A stretch of 64,000 nucleotides of DNA, taken from Minutocellus sp. GHC0000111. Its lineage: Eukaryota. The position numbers and the translations under genes are program-made. The notes beneath the pieces were generated by a model. That model did no database searches. It was not told the DNA's origin and saw nothing but the letters and a program-made list of their open reading frames with translations. Below are positions 36,654 through 46,665 of this stretch, in pieces (the first letter of the stretch is position 1; the number at the start of each line of letters is the position of its first letter). The DNA is taken from contig OZ361258.1 of the NCBI GenBank assembly GCA_977018835.1, positions 2,294,001-2,358,000 on the forward strand. The letters run 5' to 3'.

Positions 36654-38303
36654 GTGCAGGAGGATAGTGTACACTTGATGTACACTCTCCATCCGTTGGT
36701 AGTGTACTAACAAAAACACAGCGCAGCTCTGAAACGACGAAGACAAAATGAGGCACATACTAGCAGTAGCAGAGCTCAAGATGGCCGACTTATTCCGTCC
36801 CCCAGGAGGCGGAAGACAGGCAAGCACCGGGCGCCCCCGATGAAAAACATCGGCCCGTATCTTTTTTTATAATTCAGCTACTCGGTATTGCCGAAATCGT
36901 GGAACGGCTGGCAGACGAGCAAGCCGAGAGTCACATTCATTCTCGTCGTCTAAACGCATCAACGTGGAACTTTTTCGTGTGCCTCCAAGATCGCGACTCC
37001 GCCAAGTAGAGGTGCGGCCGATCAATCAGCGTAAAACGAAGGCAAGAATGGCGAAGATGTCGATGATATCTTTGTTATGTGGGCGAAATGGGCCGAGCCG
37101 AGGTAGTAAAAGTGCGCTGCTTGCCGCGTCGTGTCGACAACGACAAATGTGAGCGATGATGCGATGATGCCATGATGCGGCCATGATCAATCAGAGCAGA
37201 GGCACGAGACGAGCATAACATACCGGTGGGAATGCATGCAAGGGTTGAAGCAACAGAGAGATGCAGATAATTGGGTGGTGTACATGTAATTCATGCGTGT
37301 GAACGTGTGCACTCAATGCGCATCGCGAGGCTAGATCTGCTACTTTGAAAGTGGGGCAGCATCGGTTGTGATTCTACAGTTTGGACTGTAGGTCTAGATA
37401 GATATGCAGATGCATTTACGATATAAATAAATAGCGCAAATACTTTTTTGAGATCTGCTGAGTTAATATGCTTAACCTGCTAGTCGTTTTACCGGTACAA
37501 AAATACTGCACCAAACATTGCATGCATTATATATTACATTCATGATCAATGCATGTATTTGACATGCAAATTGCAATACATGTGCTACATGCTCAGCTGC
37601 CGGTACTCTGTTATGAGCTGCATACAAATTTATATTTATGCGATTCGAATTGAACGTGCGTTATCTCTGCAAATCATAATTTCGTTCCATCGCAATGGTA
37701 CATTTAACTTTTTTGCACACATGTTCCGGTGCGTCCTGCCTCCTCTACTAGTACTCACGACCGTTTTCCTGTCCACAGTCATCTTCGAAAGGACGCTTCA
37801 CAATCTCTTAATTGCTCTCTTTCCATCTATTTCTCTGGCCCAATCTGCGCAAAATTTGACGACAGTATCGATCGGTCCTTTGCTTCCATCACGTGCATTC
37901 GACATAAAATGAAGAGGGCAGCAACGTGGACCGATGCACAAGCCGCACAGCGTCGGCGGTGCAAGCAAGTGGCATTCCTGCCCGCCTTTTTAATCTTTTC
38001 CCCCACAGATGTTGCACGTTGGATCCAGCGTGGCTCGAATTGTCGAGAGAGGCCGAGGAGGCAAAAAGATCTTGCCCGACTTCCCACCTGGAGCGAGTGT
38101 ACAAAAAAGAGCCTCTCAGTGTACTAGGTACACTATCCTCCGTCTACCTTGGGAGAAGCAATAAGAAAATTGAGTTTTTGTAGGAGGTAGCACCCCATTT
38201 TTCTTATTCTAAATCGACTTTCTCCCAACCAGGGAGGAGAGGATAGTGTACAGTAAATGTACACTATTGGCCGAAAGAGGCTCTAAAAGTGTACACTATC
38301 CTC
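36654..38303. mobile_element. non-autonomous TIR element without TSD
   Basis: Perfect 17-bp inverted repeats GAGGATAGTGTACACTT at 36660-36676 and 38287-38303. AGTGTAC motifs cluster at both ends. No credible ORF inside. Confidence 0.75.
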
Positions 38304-38761
38304 ATTTACGTACTAGTAGTACGTACCCTGAGTAGATCTACAGGAATAGCTGAGTAGAGTCTACATGTAGATCTAAGCAGCACAAAACCCAATATCGCGA
38401 ATTTTTTTCTCAATGCGATTACCGGTCGGTACCCTCCTATTGAATCTCGATCTACTTTACATCGCTGTCATTGCCGCCAGACATCATTACTGTACCGTTA
38501 GCTAGCATAGCAGAACTTTGAGAGCGCCGCGCCTTTTCCATTACATGTGCGGCGGCACAGCTAGATTCTAGATCTAGATCTACAGGACGCGCGCTCTCCG
38601 CAGCAAGAAAAAAACGGGCATTGGCTATCATATCATACATGTACACGTAGACATCTAGATCTACTGGTACATGTTCATTAGATCTAGAAATTTCCTAAGA
38701 TCTAGCTAGCAGCATGTGCAGGCAGCGTATTTTTGGGTACCGGTAGACTAGATCAGATCTG

Positions 38762-40426
38762 CATCTTCTGCACGACCAGCTGCCCGTGCTGATGCGTTCC
38801 AAGGAGTTGAACTACGCTGTGAGAGGCTACCCCGTCGGATTCAAGGCGCCGCCCAGCTACACCGGCCTTCGGGAGGACGAGTGCTATCTTTACAACCATC
38901 TCAAATTCACCGTCAGCTACCTGGAGGACCCATCCCAGTTCGATGGGGTGCGTATTACCGGCTTTGACGTCCATCCCGTCTCGTTCGAGCACAACCTTGG
39001 CGAGGGTGGAGTCGATGAGATTGGTGATTCCGTTTCGACATGCAACGGCGACGTTGATGTGGTGAACGATCCCTCCACCTACCTTGCTCTCCGAGCTGGA
39101 CCCACGGGCGAGGATGTCCAGGTGCTCTACTCGTATGAGGTTCGTTGGGAATCCTCCGAGGTTCAGTGGGCCGATCGCTGGGATGTCTACCTCATCGGAA
39201 GCCCCGACGACGACATCCACTACTTCGCGATTGTCAACTCGCTCATGATAGTCCTATTCCTCATGGGTGCCGTTGCCACCATCATGATCCGTACCCTGCG
39301 CAAGGATATCGCCGGCTACAACGAGATGCAGACCCTTGAAGAAGCTCAAGAGGAGACCGGCTGGAAGCTAGTGCACGGTGATGTTTTCCGCCCTCCCTCG
39401 ACCAGTCCGTTGGTCCTAAGTGTTGCGGTGGGTACTGGCGCCCAGCTTGCCACGGCCTTCTTCCTTGTTCTCCTGTGTGCCATTCTGCGCCTCGTGAATC
39501 CTATGAAGAAAGGCCAGGCTCTCACGGCGATTCTCATCTTGTATGTGCTCAGTGGCACCGTCTCAGGTTACGTTTCCAGCCGCATTTACAAATTCTGCGG
39601 TTCCTCTGACTGGAAGTCGAATACAATTGCAACGGCCGTTGCGTTCTCGGGCCTTCTGGTTGGTATGTTCATGATTCTCAACATCTTCCTCGGCATTGCT
39701 GGAGCCGCTACACACGCTCACTTTGGCACGGTCATTCTCATGTTCTTGCTTTGGGTCTGCCTTTCGACGCCGTTCGTCATGATTGGTTCCTACTTTGGCT
39801 TCCGTGCCGAAAAGATTGAGGTCCCCACGAAGACCAAGCAGATTGCCCGAATCGTTCCCGAACAACCCGCCTATGCCTCAATGCCCTTGTCGGCGCTTGT
39901 GGGTGGAGTTCTTCCGTTCGGTTCTGTTTGCATCGAGCTCTTCTTCATCATGTCCGCCCTTTGGTTGCACCAATACTTTTTCATGATGGGTCTCCTTATG
40001 GTCGTCTTGTTCATTTTGGTATCCACCTGCTCGATGGTATCGATCGTCATGTGCTACCTTCAACTTTGCGGCGAGGATCATCGTTGGTGGTGGAAATCCT
40101 TCTGGAATTGCGCCACCGCTGGAGTGTATCTTTTCCTTTACTCGCTCTGGTTCCTGAGCAGCAAGCTTGATCTCGTCGGCACGCTCCCTATCGCAGTATA
40201 TTTGACCTACATGAGCATGATCTCCATTGCCTTTGGATTGTTGTGTGGTGCCGTTGGCTTCTTGAGTTGCCTCCTCTTTTGCCAGCGCATTTACGGTGCT
40301 GTTAAGGTGGACGAAAAACGGGAAGGTTACGAAGAAAGGGGATCAATGGAGGGCACAAGCTGTCCTTTACAATTGCAAGAGAAAGAAAAATTGACGTGCA
40401 CTGGACAATATAAAAATGTATATTGA
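38762..40426 (+). CDS. transmembrane 9 superfamily (nonaspanin/EMP70) protein, 5'-incomplete, stop codon lost
   Basis: LYNHL.F, W.DRWD.YL, IHYFAIVNS, EETGWKLVHGDVFRPP, GG.LPFG, EDHRWWW and IYGAVKVD motifs. Confidence 0.9.
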   Translation, partial: HLLHDQLPVLMRSKELNYAVRGYPVGFKAPPSYTGLREDECYLYNHLKFTVSYLEDPSQFDGVRITGFDVHPVSFEHNLGEGGVDEIGDSVSTCNGDVDVVNDPSTYLALRAGPTGEDVQVLYSYEVRWESSEVQWADRWDVYLIGSPDDDIHYFAIVNSLMIVLFLMGAVATIMIRTLRKDIAGYNEMQTLEEAQEETGWKLVHGDVFRPPSTSPLVLSVAVGTGAQLATAFFLVLLCAILRLVNPMKKGQALTAILILYVLSGTVSGYVSSRIYKFCGSSDWKSNTIATAVAFSGLLVGMFMILNIFLGIAGAATHAHFGTVILMFLLWVCLSTPFVMIGSYFGFRAEKIEVPTKTKQIARIVPEQPAYASMPLSALVGGVLPFGSVCIELFFIMSALWLHQYFFMMGLLMVVLFILVSTCSMVSIVMCYLQLCGEDHRWWWKSFWNCATAGVYLFLYSLWFLSSKLDLVGTLPIAVYLTYMSMISIAFGLLCGAVGFLSCLLFCQRIYGAVKVDEKREGYEERGSMEGTSCPLQLQEKEKLTCTGQYKNVY

Positions 40427-40492
40427 CTAATAATGATTTGCTTCGATTATCTTTGGGGCTACTACTAGCCTATGTTTTACGTGGTGGAGAGT

Positions 40493-43446
40493 TCACACGA
40501 ATGATAATATCTTAGCGGCTAAAATGGCGAAAACGATGGCTGACGATGACTTCTTGGAATCAGCGGGACTGGTCCCGACGTCGCAATTCTCGTCGGCCAA
40601 GCCGTCGGCGGCCGAGGAGATTCCGACAGGAGAGTGAGGGTGGCCGTATGTACCAGAGGGAACAAGCTCGTAGTAACGAACAGACCCAGGAATGTTCAGA
40701 TTGTCACGAGCGGGAGATCCAACAAGGAGGAGATTTCCATCGGGCGACAGTGACAGGTTTGAGCCGAAATTTTCTCCCGAGATTTCACCTCGAAGAGTTC
40801 CTCCGATCTGGGCCCAGCTATTCCCCTTTCTATCATAGATTTTGACGTATCCCCGTTGGCCAGCCTGTGTGTTTCGAAGACATGTTTGTAGTTATTGACG
40901 GCAAAATTGAAGACATAGACAAGGTGAGATAAGTTTGAAGTGACAAAAATTTGCAAAGGGTCCATCTAACACATGAACTTACACCAGAGCCTCCTCCGAC
41001 AGCAATGCGGTTACCAGCTGCATTCATAGCAACATTGAAGAATTGATCGTCGGCGTTTTCTCCTTCGATGTTCGCGTTGAGATTAATCCAATCACCTCCA
41101 CCAATGTTCTCAAAGGTCTGCGCAGCGCCTACATCTCTTCCTCCAACGCCGTCAGCATACCGAGATCCGGCGGCAAAAATCTTCCCGTCTGCATTGATGG
41201 CGACTTGGCGACCAAAGGAATCGCCAGCAGAGTCACCTAACACAGGTTCTCCAATTTGTCGGAAGGTACCCTTGTCCTTGTTCCAACGGAAGACTCGTAC
41301 TTGGCCGCTACGCCCTCTATTATTGCCGCTATCATCGGACTTCTGACCAACCAAGATGGTTGGTGAATTGGCATCAGACGCGAAAGCAATGTCCCAACCA
41401 AACTTGCCATCGACAAACTCCCCTGAAGATATAGAACACAACACATGTGCAAGTGTGGGTAAAGTAAGCAATAGGATCGAATGCGTAAAGTCGATTCGAA
41501 GGAGAGAGTGAGAATAACGTACCTTCGATATCCGACCCCATTTGTTCCCAGACAGTCCCACCGAGGTAGTTGAAAACGCGCACGGCACCCTTCTTATCGT
41601 TGGCAAAAGATGCTCCAACAGCAATGATGCCGCCCGCCCTCGCCAACGCAGCTGTTTGTCCAAACCTCTCTCCTTCTCTCCCAATGATCTTGCCGATTTC
41701 GACCCATTGTCCAGACTTCAATTCATAGATCCATACTCTACCAGTACCGTTGTCGCGTGTGTGAGTAAAGAGAGTAAGTCGGCGTCCATTGGGGGCCACG
41801 ACACCCTGGATCTCGTCGCCGTCTCGGAATCCATATAATGTCTGAGGAGCCACATAGATGAATGTAATTTCAGGAAGAAAAGTCGCAAATTAATGTTGGT
41901 GAGAAATATATTTTAATGTAGATTATTGGATTGGGTTGGGTTTATGAACACAAGGCTCCGTTCTTTCGCACTTACCTGACCGACTTGGCGAAAAGTCTTA
42001 CCGAATGATCCATTGTTGATGAGGTCAAAGACTTTCACCATACCGGCCTCCTTTAGGCCTGGAGCTTCGCTGCTTTTTTTTGCACTAACTAAAACTCGAG
42101 TGGCGGATGAATCCAATTGATTCTCTGAGCCCAAATAGTCTCCGTCTTTCGTGCTCATGAGAGTAGGAGCTGCCTGCTCCCACACCAAGGTCGATTCTGA
42201 GGGGCATGTTTTCGCAGAATGTCCGTAGTCTTTGCTGTAGCATGATCCATCAGCTGGGGCATCGAGGCATGAGTCCAGACAGGCCCCGCCACCACTTCCG
42301 GCTTGGGGAGACCAAGAGCAGCTTCCCTCGACGCACTCACCACAGCTCTCGTATCCAAAGCATGGACATCTAGGGAACTCACATTCCTCTTTTGGGTCCC
42401 GAGAATATACTTCGCCGGTTGGGCATATCAGTACATCAGAGGCGCAGGCGATGCCTGAGCTACCGGGACAGGCATCGGGTGTGTGACCAAACTCGGGCGA
42501 AAAGCAGGACCCGTCTGCCGGGGCCTGATCACATGATGCTATGCATGCGCCTTGGCTCCCAACGTCAGGTGACCAGGCACATGATCCACCGCCCAAACAC
42601 TCGGCACACGTTGAAAGCTCGCCACATTGAGGTGCAAAGGGGGATTCACACTGCTGCTCGGAATATCCAGCCAAGGCGGCAACGCAAAGATTGTCGTAGG
42701 GACACTGCTTGGAGCCACAGATTTGGGGCTGGTAGATCAGACCACAAGCTGCAGGGTCTGGAGCCTGACAGCAGTCCTCGTCAACATCAAAGCCAGCCGC
42801 TTCTGCAAGACACTTTTTGGTGTACAAACAATTGAAATCTTGCCCGCACTTGTAGGGACGAGTCGGTTCAAAGTCACAACTGCCGTTGTCATCCGGTAGA
42901 GGACAGCTCTGGACAATGTCATCGCAGATGCTGCGATCGTATCCCTCGGGATTGTCGATCGATTTGCCCTGAAAACACGACGCGTCTGCAGGCGCCTCGT
43001 CGCAGGATCCAACACACTCTCCTGTCTCGGGCACCCAGGCATATTGGCCTGCGGCAGCATAGCCTGGACCGCCCAGACAGGTTTCACATGTGTCGAGATC
43101 GGATGCGCAGACCGTCGCTCCACAACCCTCCATGCCACATCCTTCTCCGCAAACACCCATGGCCTCGAACCACTGACCAATCACCAATATTATGTGGAGA
43201 AGGGAAAAGCATACGATGCAGTGAGCAAAATAATGAGAGATGATACAAAGAGTGAAAAGGCAATAACAAAGAAAAGTAGCAACTGATGATAAATTAGCCG
43301 GTCTCGTGCTCAGTACGCACCGAGCAAAAAGCTGCTGAAGCGGGGCGAGCGATGTTCAGGCATTCGTCACACGAATCAGCCAGTGAGCACTGGGCTGCCA
43401 CGTGGCCGAGGAGGGGCATCACAAGCAGACCCGATACAATCCTCAT
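40493..43446 (-). CDS. secreted Cys-rich protein with PSI-like repeats and FG-GAP-like beta-propeller repeats (multi-exon)
   Basis: Signal peptide MRIVSGLL..., repeats C..CL...C.W.P..G.C..SC..APAD.SC and G.V.VF....W.Q.G..I.G....FG. The last exon 40864-40493 has a homopolymer frameshift near 40825. Confidence 0.8.
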
Positions 43447-43960
43447 GGTCTCGGCAATAATTGATGGCAAAATGAAGGCGCCGAGCGGCCGAGAATGGGG
43501 GCGGGGTCGAGTGAGTTGGGGCGATGCCGCGCGCTTTCTATCCCCTGACAAAGCAGTCGAGCAAGTCGATGACTGAAAAGCCTCGTGCCGGCCTCTCGGG
43601 TCAGCGGCGCGCGAGCTGAGCGACCTCGGAGAGAGGGAGTCGAGGGCATTCCATCTTTCGATCGAGCGAAAAATATCATGTAGGAATTCCTAAATACATC
43701 AGGGTCGTTTGTAACAGAGTATTACCGGTAATGACAGTAGAATTTCCACAAATTGGTTCTGCAGGGCTGGGGAAGGGAACCGCCCTCCCTGCCCTTCCTT
43801 CCTTGTTCTCTTCTCTTCAGATAAACTTACCGTACCTAGGTACATGTAGATCGTCAAAAATCCTTCTTCATTCACTCCAGTCCAACAAAAATGAACATGC
43901 TAGATCTATGTGTCGATCAGCTCGACTTTCTCTTTTGGGGTGTTTGCGATTGCCGATCCT

Positions 43961-44842
43961 CTAGGCGTCCTCGTCACTGCTGTCGTCAAAGAGCGAGACG
44001 GTCGAAGAAGCACACGACGACGACATGTCGTCTCTTTGTTGATGCGGCGTACCTCGTCGGACGCTCCCTCGATGATGCACCATGCCGTTCCATCCAGGCT
44101 CATAGGCATATCGCCGTCTTCTTCCGGATCCTTCTGAATTGTTGTGCAGACTATTCAATTTTTGTCGACCATCCTGGACGTGGCTCATTCTTATCATGCT
44201 ACCGTCGACTGGACGATTTGCCGACGTCTCACGAGGAGAAAGTGGGGCCGCGTCTGACGGAAAAGATGCAGCTGATGATGATACTGGCGAGGAAAGTTGC
44301 AATTTCTTTGCCATTAGCGCTCGTCGGGGACAGTAAGGAGACTGTGCACTCATGGTCGTTGCGTGTCTCGCGGTATCGAGCTGGGCATGCGACATGACCG
44401 TGCCGGTGTTGTCGTTGTTGATGTTGTTGTCGCTGTTGCAATGTTCCTCATCACAAAGCAGCAGCATGTCGCCACCACCTCCTCGCCGCTGCTGCAGCTG
44501 TTCCGCCACCAGCCGCTGCTTCTCGGCTAGCAGCTGCTCCTCCCGCCTCATCCGATCCCGACATTCTTTGTCGAACAATCTTTGGCGCTCGTACTCGACG
44601 TTGATCGTTCTTCTGAGCTCCTCGGCCTGCTGGCGATTGCGCTCCTCCTCGGCGGACAGATTGTGGAGACAGCAAACGCCATTCATCAGGATCGAGGACA
44701 GCATGTTGATGGCGAGACCGCCATCGCAGAGGAGCACCATTTTGCGCTTGGGGTGTAGCAAGTACTGGGAACTTGAGAGGGGGAGGAGACGGTGCATGGA
44801 TGCATGCAAGCCATTCTTCGTGGGATTGAAGATTGAAGTCAA
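43961..44842 (-). CDS. hypothetical protein with coiled coil (start uncertain)
   Basis: 293-aa ORF with an E/R/Q-rich helix. Confidence 0.5.
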   Translation of the reverse strand: MTSIFNPTKNGLHASMHRLLPLSSSQYLLHPKRKMVLLCDGGLAINMLSSILMNGVCCLHNLSAEEERNRQQAEELRRTINVEYERQRLFDKECRDRMRREEQLLAEKQRLVAEQLQQRRGGGGDMLLLCDEEHCNSDNNINNDNTGTVMSHAQLDTARHATTMSAQSPYCPRRALMAKKLQLSSPVSSSAASFPSDAAPLSPRETSANRPVDGSMIRMSHVQDGRQKLNSLHNNSEGSGRRRRYAYEPGWNGMVHHRGSVRRGTPHQQRDDMSSSCASSTVSLFDDSSDEDA

Positions 44843-45249
44843 GTCCTACTTTGCTTGCTTTCCGGGTTTTGCAGTTTGTATCCATCCAACAACCCAAAAA
44901 AGTCACAAGAACGACGTGGTGTGACACAAAGGCCTGTTCAGAGGGCTTAAGTAGTCGAGACACCGTGTTGGGATATTGCTTCCACGATCCGACATATTGG
45001 TCAACCATAAATATCATGTCATGCGAGAGTCTCAGTGACTCTTGCGTTTCCTGCCCTCGAATCATGCTTTCGGGCCACATGTATGTGGCAATGGCCTCAA
45101 AAAACAGGTGGCACGACTGTGTTGAGCCTTGGCTTCTGCCCCTCTTTGCTCGGACCATAATCAATGCGAAGCCAAATCAATTTAGTCCATTCCATTTCAA
45201 TCCCAAACATAAGCTATCTTTGTACCAACCCATCCAACCAATCTGAGTA

Positions 45250-46563
45250 ATGCCACCATCGATTGATAGGGAGACGCATCGAAGAAACGCCCACAGATCC
45301 AACAGCAACGACGACAACGACGAGCAAGCCGGAAGGAGGGTCAATCACGATCATCGCCGAAACCACCACCATCACACGAACAATAACACCATGACTCTTC
45401 CTCAAGTAACTCCAGAACAGATGCAAGAGTTCTACGCCCAGCGCATATTTGGTGCCGCCGTTGGACGTCTTGCCGCTGATCAGCAGGAGCGAGGCGGGGA
45501 GGGAATACTACTCGAACCTGGTTCCGAATCGGAACTCATGCGGCACAGCCGTTCGGTGGCCGCCGAGATGCCGCCAACTCTCGATGAGACATACGTCCTA
45601 CGTTTGCAGTCTCAGCTGGCCCTAGCGAGATATTCCATGGATCGCATGGCAACGACAACAGCGGCTGCCGCCGACGGCGTCGCTGATGAGAGCAATCTGG
45701 CCGCCGCCAGCAGTATGACGGCGAGGCAGCTGGCCAGCGCCGCTGCCCGTCTTCGCCGTCACGACGCCCAGATGCAGGCCGAAGCCACTCAGTCCCTTGG
45801 CCTCGTCGCTGAGCTTCAGGTCGATCTGGCACGAACTCGGGAGCGCATGAGCGATGCGCTGTCTGTCGCCAGAAGCACCCATTCCAGTCGCAGTATTAAC
45901 TTTGAGGCTGATCTGGATTTGCTCAACGAGGTTAGCAACGCCAACGCCGATCACAACTCCGATGCGGCCTCCCTCGATCGTGCCGACCTCAACCGCATGG
46001 ATGACTTCATCGTTGGCCCTCTTGAGCTGGATCTCAACGATGTTGAACCTGAGGCGAGTCATCGCCATCAGCCGCAGCAGCATCGCTCCGCACCTCTGCT
46101 CCCTACCCACAACCAGCCACAGCCTCAAGAGCAGGGCGAAGAGAGGACCGTCAACGACGAGGCAGAACTCCTTGCCAGTATCGCCAGTCTTCAGTTCGAT
46201 CTGCTTCAAACTCGAGAAAGGCTCATGGACGAGCGATCGTTCAGCCACAGCCACCATATCGAGGACGTCATCCCCGCTCTGGAGGAGGCAACCCCTGAGG
46301 CCAGTGAGTCGACCATCGAGGGCATCTCGGCCCAAAACCAATCTCAAGAAGAGGAGGAGCAGCCTGCTGCGGGTGAAGCTGCTGCCGCGGCCGCCGAGCG
46401 ATCTCAACAAGAGGCCGAGGTCGACGATGCCACCGCCCGACTGGCTTCGCTGACCACCGTCGCTGCCGCTCCCAAGACCTCCGGTGACTCCTCCGTCCGA
46501 GGCACAAAAATTCGATCTCAGGGGGACTTGGTTTTCCGCCGATTCTCCAACCAAATGGCGTAG
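45250..46563 (+). CDS. hypothetical protein
   Basis: 437-aa ATG-initiated ORF with an internal repeat (LQ.DL..TRER..D). Confidence 0.7.
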   Translation: MPPSIDRETHRRNAHRSNSNDDNDEQAGRRVNHDHRRNHHHHTNNNTMTLPQVTPEQMQEFYAQRIFGAAVGRLAADQQERGGEGILLEPGSESELMRHSRSVAAEMPPTLDETYVLRLQSQLALARYSMDRMATTTAAAADGVADESNLAAASSMTARQLASAAARLRRHDAQMQAEATQSLGLVAELQVDLARTRERMSDALSVARSTHSSRSINFEADLDLLNEVSNANADHNSDAASLDRADLNRMDDFIVGPLELDLNDVEPEASHRHQPQQHRSAPLLPTHNQPQPQEQGEERTVNDEAELLASIASLQFDLLQTRERLMDERSFSHSHHIEDVIPALEEATPEASESTIEGISAQNQSQEEEEQPAAGEAAAAAAERSQQEAEVDDATARLASLTTVAAAPKTSGDSSVRGTKIRSQGDLVFRRFSNQMA

Positions 46564-46665
46564 TGTATTAGGCTTATTAGGTATAATGTGTCTGAAAGAT
46601 TATTGGTGTGAGTGTGTGCAGTGTGGCTGTGCACTCAAATGATAACAATAAATTTGATGAATCAT

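Noticed and set aside
45622..46554. 310-aa antisense ORF
   Set aside because: Shadow of the plus-strand 437-aa gene.
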